Source of the DNA: a virus
Lineage: Duplodnaviria > Caudoviricetes
Strand: one strand, 5' to 3'
DNA: 26,742 bases
IMG/VR virus record: IMGVR_UViG_3300043570_002110
Coordinates: 1 to 26,742 of that record
Positions 7,547 to 18,000 of the stretch are shown piece after piece (position 1 is the first letter of the stretch; every line of letters begins with the position of its first letter). The notes below the pieces were generated by a model. The model was not told the origin of the DNA, searched no databases, and saw nothing but the letters and a program-made list of their open reading frames with translations. Position numbers and translations under genes: made by a program.

Positions 7547-10530
7547 TATCTAGTACAATTTATATTAATATTTATTCCTACGTTTAAAACTACCGTTTCT
7601 TGTAAATTTTGGGAAACACATCCTAAATTAGTTATTGTTAATGTATTACCATTTAAGAAATATGTGTAGCCATAACCATATAAAGTTGGTAGATAATCTA
7701 TTAAAGCGTTTCTCCACTGCGAATCTGTTGGTACATCATTATAACCATACCCATTATAAAAACTATCTTGAATTATGATTTGGTTATTAATTCTTAAATC
7801 AACATACCATTCTGTCTGAACTGAATTTTGATAACATTCATTAAGTGTTAGTCCACTTGATGATAACATATTATTAATTCTATTTGCAAGAATACTATTA
7901 AAATCAGATACATTAATATCACCATTTAACCACGGATAAATATAAAATTCAACATACTCTGAATTACATGTGTAATCAAAAATGTTTGATATAATATAAC
8001 ATGGGTCAACAGGTACTGGTATAAACTGACAACCTCTTTGTCTTCTATAAACAAACTTTTGTTTATGTAGTACAGAGTTTTCGAATCTAACCCCGCCATT
8101 CCAAATGGTTGTTGCGGGAACCATCTGTTCCACCAACTTAGTCCAATAAGGACCTATACCATTAACGTAATCGATTAACTTTTGATACGTGTACTTGTTG
8201 TTGGGCAACCCGACAGTTTGTTCTGATTCGATGTATTTCCACCAAATAGATTGTAATGTAGGATAACCACCCGTTTTACCATCAGAGATGTATTGTCTGT
8301 TTCGAGTGTTAATCATATTCTGCCAAAAAGTTTGAGAGAATTCAAAGAATGTTTTCTTCTTAGGCTTAGGGTCAACATATGTCCAATCAACACCACCTGG
8401 TACAGGATAACCAACGGTTAAACCTGATTCAGGAATTGGGTAATCATATCTTCTTGATTGGTCCCAAACATCATAAACAAGACCTTGGGCCGGATTTAAG
8501 AATATGTCAACGTTCTTTACGTTTAATACTAATTTTTCATTATCGATAAAGTAGTATGCATTGTAATCTCCTTGAGTTGAAACTCTAATTTTATCATCGT
8601 CCGCTAACCATGATTTATTATTATCAACAACTTTTTGAAGTTTAAATCCTTCCGTCATATAAGGGAAGTCCCTAAATCTATTCAAATAAGTCTGACCGTA
8701 AGTAAACGGTTGTAATTGTGTTTGGATACTAAAGTTTTGTCCTGTGTAAACATTTCCCGTAAGTACAACATTATCAGGACTTCTATGTGATGGTGTAGTT
8801 TCATACCAACCAGCACCAATTTGGAAGAAGTATGTTTCCGTATTGACAGGAGCTTTTGGATATCCTTCAAAATCTATAGGGTATGCTGCTAATGTTATAT
8901 TAGTATCAGTATATGTTGCGGTTTCTGTAAATGCAGTATAAATTTGTCCATAAATACTATATGTTTGACCTACAGCATAAGATGGTGTTTCTTGAACGTA
9001 AGTACCACCTGAAATTTGAGCCCATTGATTATAGAACTGGTCAAGATTAATTTTTTGGTCAGCCAAATAAATGTGTTCATTATATTCAATTAGTGAATCA
9101 GGTGCTCCAATCAATCTTAATAAAAATTCAACAGACCTTCTCGTACCTTTTGATTTAAAAAGGTATGAGGCATTAAGAATTAAATTTCTATAATATGCAT
9201 AGTTTAATTCTGTTGGCGTTAAAGCTCGAGCATAACCAGGATAAGTTGGTGTCGATGTATTACCAAAAACAGATGATAAGAAATCCTCATTTGTAATTGG
9301 TGAAAAATTAGATGACCATCCTAATGTTTGAGATAAATTAGCCAATAATTGTGAAGGTATATCATTTGATGGATTATAGTTTACAGAATTCATGTAAGCC
9401 AACCCTTCGATAAATTGTTTTATTTGGTCAAAACTTCTACCGTAAATTTGGAATATCTTTTCAACTTTTCTACCCAAAGTATCAAATTCTTTTAAAGAAT
9501 CTGAAATTAAGAATCTTGAAATTAAATTGGTCTTAAACGAATCCAAATTAACCGCAATTGCTTGGATTTGTTCCAAGTATGAGTCAAATAAGAATGAACT
9601 AATATCTAAGTTCCAAGGACCATCTTTTGGCCAAGTCACTTGTTGATAATCCGTATATGTTTGACCAAATTCATTTTGTTGTGGTACTTGAAATACCGCA
9701 GTATATTCAGGTCTAACTAATCTATTAAGTAAGAATTTTTCAACCTCATCAAAACTTTCTTGAAATATTTTGTCAACAATATAATCATTTGGTCTGATTT
9801 GATATTCTTGTTGGATTGTGGTTGCCGTTGTTCCAAATGGTGAACCAGAAACGTAAAATGTAATATCACCTGATGTTAATGTGGTAGACGGAATAAACGC
9901 CAAAACCTTATAGATATTATCATCAATGCTAACACAATAATCTAAATAAGTGTTGTTAAGATTTCTATATGGCGAAACATCTAACTCTCTCAATGTTAAG
10001 TTAGTTGACGCACTAATAGAATAATCAATATCAAATGGATTTTTTATTCTATCAACATTAACCTTGAAATATGTTTCATCATTTTGAACATCATAAACAA
10101 TATCATAAGCAGTATTACCTGTTGAGAAATCACTATTAGTAAATATAATATCTAAAGACGCTGGGAAATAATTAATAACACGAGTAATTGAAACCCTAAA
10201 TCTTTCAGATAGAGAACCATACATCGAAAAGTTAAGAACTTGAGTAATATCAAAGTTTGGATAAACTCTAAATTGAGTTGCAAGTATTCTTCGACTCTCT
10301 TCAACACTATCAATATTCATCATATCCAAAGTCATTGGTTCTGAGAACGCTCCGACATTGAATGTACGATTAACTTTTTCTGTTACTCCTGTTGTAAACT
10401 CAAAATTACCTTGCGTAAGTCCTCCACCCTCGACAGTTTGTAATCCTACAATGTTGTCAGAGAAAGTCCCCCCGCCATTACCTGGTCTTGGTGGATAAAA
10501 GTATTTAGTATTTGTTGTGTTTACTGCCAT
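7546..10530 (-). CDS. Large baseplate/tail protein (994 aa) with a P2 gpI / T4 gp7-like segment
   Basis: LLANLSQTLGW...YRNLILNASYLFKSKGTRRSVEFLLRLIG resembles the KGT motif of phage tail protein I/baseplate wedge proteins; lies downstream of the gp25- and gp6-like genes. Confidence 0.65.
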   Translation of the reverse strand: MAVNTTNTKYFYPPRPGNGGGTFSDNIVGLQTVEGGGLTQGNFEFTTGVTEKVNRTFNVGAFSEPMTLDMMNIDSVEESRRILATQFRVYPNFDITQVLNFSMYGSLSERFRVSITRVINYFPASLDIIFTNSDFSTGNTAYDIVYDVQNDETYFKVNVDRIKNPFDIDYSISASTNLTLRELDVSPYRNLNNTYLDYCVSIDDNIYKVLAFIPSTTLTSGDITFYVSGSPFGTTATTIQQEYQIRPNDYIVDKIFQESFDEVEKFLLNRLVRPEYTAVFQVPQQNEFGQTYTDYQQVTWPKDGPWNLDISSFLFDSYLEQIQAIAVNLDSFKTNLISRFLISDSLKEFDTLGRKVEKIFQIYGRSFDQIKQFIEGLAYMNSVNYNPSNDIPSQLLANLSQTLGWSSNFSPITNEDFLSSVFGNTSTPTYPGYARALTPTELNYAYYRNLILNASYLFKSKGTRRSVEFLLRLIGAPDSLIEYNEHIYLADQKINLDQFYNQWAQISGGTYVQETPSYAVGQTYSIYGQIYTAFTETATYTDTNITLAAYPIDFEGYPKAPVNTETYFFQIGAGWYETTPSHRSPDNVVLTGNVYTGQNFSIQTQLQPFTYGQTYLNRFRDFPYMTEGFKLQKVVDNNKSWLADDDKIRVSTQGDYNAYYFIDNEKLVLNVKNVDIFLNPAQGLVYDVWDQSRRYDYPIPESGLTVGYPVPGGVDWTYVDPKPKKKTFFEFSQTFWQNMINTRNRQYISDGKTGGYPTLQSIWWKYIESEQTVGLPNNKYTYQKLIDYVNGIGPYWTKLVEQMVPATTIWNGGVRFENSVLHKQKFVYRRQRGCQFIPVPVDPCYIISNIFDYTCNSEYVEFYIYPWLNGDINVSDFNSILANRINNMLSSSGLTLNECYQNSVQTEWYVDLRINNQIIIQDSFYNGYGYNDVPTDSQWRNALIDYLPTLYGYGYTYFLNGNTLTITNLGCVSQNLQETVVLNVGINININCTR

Positions 10531-11438
10531 TAACCAGTTATGTTTGTAAAGTTTTTACTGAAATCAATATTATTACCTCTACTTTGTCTAACCTCATATA
10601 ACAATGCATTAAATTGGTCTCTAATTTCATACAAGTTGTATTGTCTGTATATGTTATTTTCAGAGTCATATATTGTATAAACACCATCATCAATTGATTT
10701 GGTTTGATTACCATAAAGAGCAATTGCAAGAGATGATACGTCGTATTCAACCATTTCAACTTCCAAAGTAATTGGGTTAAAAAATGTATTTGAAATAATA
10801 ATGTTTTGATTTGGCTGACCAATAAATGGTGTTGCGTTTGGATTGTTAGTTGGGGATGATGATGGTGATAAAGTCAAGAATATTAAATTTGAATTTCCAT
10901 CAACATATCTATATCTAATTGCTTTTTGTGTTGTATTTGTTTGGTTTGTCACCACAGGTTCACAAAAGAACGATGATGTAATAACTCTAAAGAAATTTGG
11001 TATTTTTGAACCATCAGGATTTAAATATTCAACTCTAAATCCAACCAATCCTTGTGGAACAAATTTATTTTGATATTGTGTTGGAACATTTGAAATATCA
11101 ATCACAATTCCTTTTACGTTTGGCAAAGCACTTAACACACCACAATCAGTAATTCTTGTTCTGATTTGTGCGGGTCTTAAGTATAGTGTGTAAATCCCAA
11201 GAGCGTTGAACTGCTCAGCAGGTAATGTTAAGTTGTATAATCCACCCAAAACCTCAACACCAGCGTTTCCACCTGTTTCTGTGTTGTTGAAATAAGGTTT
11301 AAGAATTGTTTGTGCATCAAGTTGTGTTAGGACGAAATTACTCGTAACATCCCTTGATGGAGTATAATTTAATATAATCTCTACGTCTTCAGGTGAAACG
11401 TCTGAAGGTCTAATTGTGCCGTATGAACCGATTGCCAT
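10530..11438 (-). CDS. Hypothetical virion structural protein (302 aa)
   Basis: ORF track; TAATG overlap with the next gene; structural cluster context; no recognisable catalytic motif. Confidence 0.7.
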   Translation of the reverse strand: MAIGSYGTIRPSDVSPEDVEIILNYTPSRDVTSNFVLTQLDAQTILKPYFNNTETGGNAGVEVLGGLYNLTLPAEQFNALGIYTLYLRPAQIRTRITDCGVLSALPNVKGIVIDISNVPTQYQNKFVPQGLVGFRVEYLNPDGSKIPNFFRVITSSFFCEPVVTNQTNTTQKAIRYRYVDGNSNLIFLTLSPSSSPTNNPNATPFIGQPNQNIIISNTFFNPITLEVEMVEYDVSSLAIALYGNQTKSIDDGVYTIYDSENNIYRQYNLYEIRDQFNALLYEVRQSRGNNIDFSKNFTNITG

Positions 11439-11453
11439 ATCTTATTTTATCTT

Positions 11454-11465
11454 ATAAATAGTTTA
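11454..11465 (-). promoter_or_regulatory. TAAACTATTTAT candidate late-promoter motif, 15 nt upstream of the ATG at 11438
   Basis: 12-mer identical to 20260-20271, at the same distance from the start codon. Confidence 0.6.
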
Positions 11466-12572
11466 GTTCTTTTTTTCAACGTTAAAAAATCCATATCCGT
11501 AATTAATCATGTCACCTAAATTGTCAACCTCCCCTAATCTTTGGATTCTTTCGTATGCTGAATTCTTTCCTCGTTCAACAAAAACATTTGTTTGTATTTG
11601 TGGTTGGTCAATAACTTTGATTAAAACTTCCTCTTTTGTTATTGGTCTTTGTGTTAAATTATTCTCTGTAAATCCTGAAGATTGTTCAAAAAATATTGTT
11701 GTCCCGTCTATGTAATCATAGTAATCAACCAAATTAACTGTATAGGCGGTGAATGTTGTTGCAGTATTAGTTATCGCCCCCCATATTTGACCGTTCTTAA
11801 TAACGGGAACTCCAACTTGGAATTTTAATGGTCCATACATCGCCAACTCATTAAGTTTGGATTTTGTTAAACCTGAAACCGTAAATGGAACCGTTGTAAA
11901 ATTATTTGATGTTTGAGCAGATACTTCGTTAACGGCATCTCCTGAAAATATGTAGTTATAACTGATTGGAGTTTCAATCCAATTACCACCCACAGGAATA
12001 AAAAACGCTTCACCATTTGGGTTATTAATGACCACATCAGAAAATGGTGTCGTGATTGTTTTGGAAACTCTTGTAATTCCCCACGGATTTGTTTGTTCCA
12101 ATGTAATTGTATATTGAGCAATTGCAACAGGATAAGTGTGTACGATTGAATTGGGTGTGTATGAACTAATGGTTTGCGATGGCGTCCCATCACCCCAACT
12201 AACCTTATAAGATGATAAATCAAGAAATTTTTGAAACTCACTTGATGTATTATACACATTATAAACATATGGGTTTGAAGTTGTTGATGAGAATATAAAA
12301 TTGGCAACCACATCTTTCTGTAATACCGCTCCATCAAATGGACTAAAGTAACCAACGTCAACCGCAGTTTGTCTGAATAAAATTGGAATTGTAATTCCTG
12401 ATAATATTGAACTTCCATTTGGTCCCGCAGTCAATACTTGGGTCATCCCCGAATAAACACCAGTCGTTTCACCAGTATAAGTTGGTCCAACGTTTTCACC
12501 TTGCATATTAACAATAAACAAGTCACCCTTAATTGTTTCAGGTGATATTATAATATTATAAAAATCTTCCAT
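11463..12572 (-). CDS. PKD-domain-containing structural protein (369 aa)
   Basis: YKVSWGDGT...IVHTYP....YTITLEQTNPWG matches the PKD/Ig-like signature WGDG..H.Y..Y.I.L..N..G. Confidence 0.7.
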   Translation of the reverse strand: MEDFYNIIISPETIKGDLFIVNMQGENVGPTYTGETTGVYSGMTQVLTAGPNGSSILSGITIPILFRQTAVDVGYFSPFDGAVLQKDVVANFIFSSTTSNPYVYNVYNTSSEFQKFLDLSSYKVSWGDGTPSQTISSYTPNSIVHTYPVAIAQYTITLEQTNPWGITRVSKTITTPFSDVVINNPNGEAFFIPVGGNWIETPISYNYIFSGDAVNEVSAQTSNNFTTVPFTVSGLTKSKLNELAMYGPLKFQVGVPVIKNGQIWGAITNTATTFTAYTVNLVDYYDYIDGTTIFFEQSSGFTENNLTQRPITKEEVLIKVIDQPQIQTNVFVERGKNSAYERIQRLGEVDNLGDMINYGYGFFNVEKKN

Positions 12573-13393
12573 TATGGGTTAACATATTCATACCATTTTA
12601 TGGGTTCCAATGTACCCGCCCTTTGAGCATCATTAAGATATATTGTTTGATTTGGATTCATGTTGAATATTTGATAATCATGTTTTTCATAATTTAATTC
12701 AACACGATAATAAAAATATTGTGAACCATCAAAGATATATTTGTTACCAGGTAATGATGATTGTGGCATATTCATCATCTTTGTAAAGTATCCATTTTTT
12801 GCATCATAGAACTTGGCAGTCATATAAAATGTTTTGATATCCAAAAATGTTCTTTTCTTTAACCAATAGATAAAGAAACCTTCTTTGTCTCCAACATAGT
12901 CCAAAACAAAATATGGTTTTTTAATACTAACAGGTGTCGTCTGCATGATTGCGTCCATCTTTAACCCTTGTTGTGTCGGTATAATAATTGTTATATAATT
13001 GGTCTGTCTTTTTTCATCAACATTGTCATACAAATCCAATTTAAAAAATGAATTGGTAAAGTTGTTTGTATAATAAAAAATCTCTTGAGTTGTAAACCCT
13101 TCCACCTGATAATTGGACTTCCAATTTGTAGCATCATTTAAAGAACCTCCTGAATAAAAATTAAACTCATATTTAATATCCGTTGGTTCAGTTGTTGTAC
13201 CTGTCAAAGGTGCATGAGCAAATCGAGTTACCTCAAAATCTCTACCAACACCAATAACCTCAGTAATGATTTTACTTTCGTATTCATCAATACTTTGGTC
13301 CAACCCAACATAGTCCCACGTTAACTGAATGGGGATTGTAAGTTGTCGGTCAACAAAACCGTCTAAATTAATTTTAACTTTATTCACACTCAT
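12572..13393 (-). CDS. Hypothetical structural protein (about 273 aa)
   Basis: The ORF track starts at TTG 13396; in-frame ATG 13393 or GTG 13387 is more likely. Overlaps both neighbours. Confidence 0.7.
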   Translation of the reverse strand: MSVNKVKINLDGFVDRQLTIPIQLTWDYVGLDQSIDEYESKIITEVIGVGRDFEVTRFAHAPLTGTTTEPTDIKYEFNFYSGGSLNDATNWKSNYQVEGFTTQEIFYYTNNFTNSFFKLDLYDNVDEKRQTNYITIIIPTQQGLKMDAIMQTTPVSIKKPYFVLDYVGDKEGFFIYWLKKRTFLDIKTFYMTAKFYDAKNGYFTKMMNMPQSSLPGNKYIFDGSQYFYYRVELNYEKHDYQIFNMNPNQTIYLNDAQRAGTLEPIKWYEYVNP

Positions 13394-15068
13394 CAAACAA
13401 TGGCTTAATTGGGTACTGAACCCCTAAAGAGTTATAGTTTATTCCTTCAGGTATTAATCTAAAGATGGCTTCTTGATATGGATATTGAGCGCTGTTCATA
13501 AATGGGAAATCAACACCCCTTTCAAGGTTATCCTTAAACCCATAAGTATATATGTCTCTCCATCTAAACGATTGGTCGGCAGAAGAATAAAAAGAATAGA
13601 AAGGCACATTTTCAACTTGTTCCGCAACCGCAGTCTCAACATAATCAGAGAAAACTCTAATCCTCATTGATGTGTGGGGTTTGTAATAAAATCCAGGACT
13701 ATTTGTTGAATATGTTTCAGTAGTTTGAAATACGTTTTGATTGTAATTCAGTTTTTGATAGTACGGTGAAATAACCCTTTCAATTTGGTTATAATCATTC
13801 CACTCACAAAAGTCACCATCAATTAAATCATCTTTTTTTAAATCTTGATTATAATAAAATGTTTTTGTAACACCACTAGTCAAAGTATAATTTGATGTTT
13901 GTATGTTTGTATCGGAATAAGTATTTTTTAAATCCCACCAAGAACTTATTGGCCTTGTCAAATTAAACTCCCAACCTTGTTTTAACCCTATACCATTATT
14001 TGGTTGATTAAAATATCCCGTATATCCTTTATTAATAATAGTTAAAAATAATTCACTAACAGGTCGTTTTTGATTATCCAACACTCCATTTAAATCTAAA
14101 TCGTAATTGACCGTAACATTATATGAATTACTACTAGTCTTTTGAGATATTCTTGAAATTTGGTTTGGTGTTATTGAACTATATTCAAATTTTCTCTCTT
14201 CGTTAAATAGATTCTTTTCAAACGCATTTTTAACCATAATACAATCTCCAACATTTGTTAAAATTTTATGTTCCCTCACATAATATTTTGACTTTGTTTC
14301 CAATAAATTATCAGGATTAATAACTCTTTTAAATGTTCCCGTAACTCCATTGGCAAATGTGGTACCCGTATATCCAAAATTGAATAGGTTAAAAACGTAG
14401 GGGTCACTATCTAATTGGTTATTACCCAATGAATAAACTTGGAATAAATTTAATTGATTATAAAAGAAAGGTAATTCAACATACTCACCAACAGTTAATC
14501 CGTGTGGTGCAATACATTGAAATCTAATAACATTACTACCATTTTGAGTTCCATTAATAATTGAAAATGGAATACCTTCGGACGCATACCAATCATAACT
14601 ACTATTATTTAATGTGTATGACATTTGTTTTAAATAATTGTTACTTTGAGCATAACTAATATAATATGTCCAATTGTATGTGTAGGCACTTTTTGCAACA
14701 TAATTAATATGTTGGTCAGATATGTTAGGCCTATAAAAATCAAATTCATAATATTGTGGAAATCCTTTCCATATAGTACTAACAAAAGATTGTTCGGGAT
14801 TAACATAATATAAAGTATTTCTAAATGGAACATATTCAGTAGTACCTGTATATGTGTTACCATACAAATAATTAACTTTGAATGTGGGTCTGAATATACC
14901 ACTACTTTGTCTTTCATCATCAAATACTTGAGCCAAACTAATACTTTGACTTCGGTCATATTCAACCATTTGTTGACTCTGTTGCTCTAAAGTAATAGTG
15001 ATATCTTGGTCAACTGATGGAGCCGCCTGATATTCCTGACTACTCGGTATAATTGTAAACTTATTCAC
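13380..15068 (-). CDS. Hypothetical structural protein (562 aa), Tyr/Asn-rich
   Basis: ORF track; the GTG start overlaps the upstream stop (GTGAATAA). APHGLTVGEYVEL resembles a small beta-barrel motif seen in phage baseplate/tail proteins. Confidence 0.7.
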   Translation of the reverse strand: MNKFTIIPSSQEYQAAPSVDQDITITLEQQSQQMVEYDRSQSISLAQVFDDERQSSGIFRPTFKVNYLYGNTYTGTTEYVPFRNTLYYVNPEQSFVSTIWKGFPQYYEFDFYRPNISDQHINYVAKSAYTYNWTYYISYAQSNNYLKQMSYTLNNSSYDWYASEGIPFSIINGTQNGSNVIRFQCIAPHGLTVGEYVELPFFYNQLNLFQVYSLGNNQLDSDPYVFNLFNFGYTGTTFANGVTGTFKRVINPDNLLETKSKYYVREHKILTNVGDCIMVKNAFEKNLFNEERKFEYSSITPNQISRISQKTSSNSYNVTVNYDLDLNGVLDNQKRPVSELFLTIINKGYTGYFNQPNNGIGLKQGWEFNLTRPISSWWDLKNTYSDTNIQTSNYTLTSGVTKTFYYNQDLKKDDLIDGDFCEWNDYNQIERVISPYYQKLNYNQNVFQTTETYSTNSPGFYYKPHTSMRIRVFSDYVETAVAEQVENVPFYSFYSSADQSFRWRDIYTYGFKDNLERGVDFPFMNSAQYPYQEAIFRLIPEGINYNSLGVQYPIKPLFDECE

Positions 15069-18000
15069 CTACAGAATATTTTGTTTTAAATTTATCTAAC
15101 GCAGTTAATCCTTTATTTACTCCAAAATAAAAATGGAATGGAGCGCTAACTAAGAATTTATTTGGATAAGTTCCCGCATTGTAAGAATATGAACCATTAG
15201 GGTTTACATTAAAGATATAACCTCTTTCGTATATATCACTTACTTGTGAATTTGACCCAATAAAATAACTTGGCGACCCAATATTTCTTCTATCTAATGA
15301 TTGATAGTTATATCCAAAAATACCTGAAGTATTAATATTTGATGATTGATTTGTAACCCAATCATTGTATTGTGAACCAAAAATACTTTGTATTGATGGT
15401 TGATTTAATCCCCACTGATAAAACGGTACATACTGAGATTTAATACCATAAGGATATGTTATAGCATTTGCATTATTTGATGGTCTAAAATCAATAACTC
15501 CAGGCGTTAAGAAGTCTTTGTTTTGTAAATCAACTGTGGTAGAAGAAAAGAAAACACCCATTGTTGGGTCATCAAGTCCACCCAAAATAACAACAGGGTC
15601 ATTACTTGTACCATAAACACTATAAAACTCAGGTGAAAAAGGTATTACACCATACTCAGAATTAATTGACATACTTTGAGCTAAATCACCATCAATTCTT
15701 CTATCGGGTCTGGTAAATAATTGATTCAATCCATTATTACCAAAAGTAAAAAGTTGAGCCAAATATCCTTCGTCTGTAATACGAGATATAACAAATAAAT
15801 TTACCAAATCTGAAGTATCCGAATAACTTGTTGGATTTAATGTATTCATTATGTACCCTTTAGCTGACGGGTCAAAAATTATTTCTTGATAAAAATCATC
15901 TTTAATACCCAAATTAACAATTGTTGTTGGGAACAATAAATTTCTGTCATTAACGGGGTTTATTAATCCAAGAGTTGGTCTTCCAATAAATCTTGGTGAT
16001 GTTGTTCCTGACAAATAAGGTGAACTTCTGTAATAGAAGTTATTAGTCTTATCATCAAAATAAACAAGTTCTTTGGCAAACTGAGGTGGTAATGGTTTAT
16101 TTTGTTGGTCAAAATAAGTATCAACTTGTATTGGAAATGTGTATAATGAACCATTTACCCAATTGTTGGTAAATGTTTGAGATAAAACACCTCGACATAA
16201 CCCATAGAAAAATCTAAATCTAAATCCCCACTCACTAAACGCCCTTAAATCTTTTTGTAAATCTGTCCAAGGATTAACCGCAAAAACATAACACCCATTT
16301 TGAACTGAATCACTACTTTGACATCCCGCAGTAACACCAAAATTAACACTATTACCACTATAACAATTAAGACCAACCATTCTCTCACAAGTACTTAATG
16401 ACTCTAACACATTGACACTAGCAAGTTGACCCTCAATATCAGCATTAACTTGAGATGCACCTGTATCGTAACCACTTACATTAATGGGTGCTCCTTGTCC
16501 ACCAATAATATAAGCAGAAAATCCTACGTTTTGTTGTAATAAACTAACACTACCATTTATAACACCACTATCGATATAATCAGATGATGGTAATCTGTCA
16601 GTTCTCATAACATTTCTTGAAGAATTGACAATGTTCAACGCACTTGAACCCGTTAATGTTGGATATAAAATTGGGCTAAAGTATACCCTACTCGGTGGGT
16701 CATTATATGCCTTATAAGAGAGCAACGGGAATATCACATTTAAAATAATAGTATTTAAAACTAATGGAGTTAACTTTAATATTGCACCACCCGATAAATC
16801 CTCGGCGGTATCATACTTACTAACCGATATTGCGGATGAATAATAATCATTCGATGTTTTGGTTACCACACCATTAGCTATTCCATATGACGGACTTTTA
16901 TCAATGAATACTGTTGCTGGTACAAAAACATTACCAAATGTTGGACCTGAATTAATAGTTCTATCGGGAGTTGTTGAATCTAATGCCCCATAAAATCCAA
17001 CATTACTTGTGGTGTATGAAGAAAATTGTAAACCAGGTGTTGTTGAACCTACCACACCAGGACTATAAACATAAGATGAAAAATAAATATTATTTTGAAC
17101 GTTATGTTGTGGAACAGTAGTTACTGAACCTGTTGGTAATTTTTGAACAGGTATATTCATTTTTGTTGTTGCCGTAATGATTACGTCGTTTTCATTTGGG
17201 TATCCCAATATCTTACCAATACCATATTGATTAATTAACGTTGGGGAATATGGGTCAACCCCTCTTTGTAAAATTAAAATTTTTGAGTCAGAAAAATCCG
17301 CAAAATTACTTATGGCTAAATTTTGTTGTGCTCCATCTTCAAGCCACCCATCACTACCTAAATTGCCTTTAACTTCTTTATAAATTTGAACTGAGCTTGG
17401 TGCAGTTAAATAGTTCCAAAACCCAACACCACTACCTAAATTAGGTATTGAATATTGTGGTACACCATTAACAATATTTGTTGTAATTGTAATAGCAGTA
17501 AGTACTTGATAGTATTCAATATCTGAAGGATATACATATCTTTGACAACTTTCACCAAAACTAACTACCGTATATTCTGCAGTACCACCTAAATTAGTTG
17601 TACTTATACAATTAACATTTGTTATTGTATGAGACCCTAATGTTAACGCACTATAAATAACAATCCCCCCATTACAAGTATTATATGTCACCGTACCTGA
17701 AGTAGTAACATCTATAGTAATACTATCAACACACTCAGTTGTTGCACTTGGTATAGTATATAATGTAGTCGATTCCGTAGTTTGACTATTATCTGTTGGA
17801 ATTGCATATTTTACTTGAGTAGTAAATTGGTCAGTTTGAATTCTACCATTTATTCCTTGTAACACTGAACCACCAGTAGTTCCTGTCCACAAATAATTTT
17901 TATCTGTGGTTAATGATGGATTCACAAAAGTTAATAGAGTACCTGGTTCAAATTCTTCAGGTGATAATATAGTTAAAGTATTATCATAATGATACAAACC

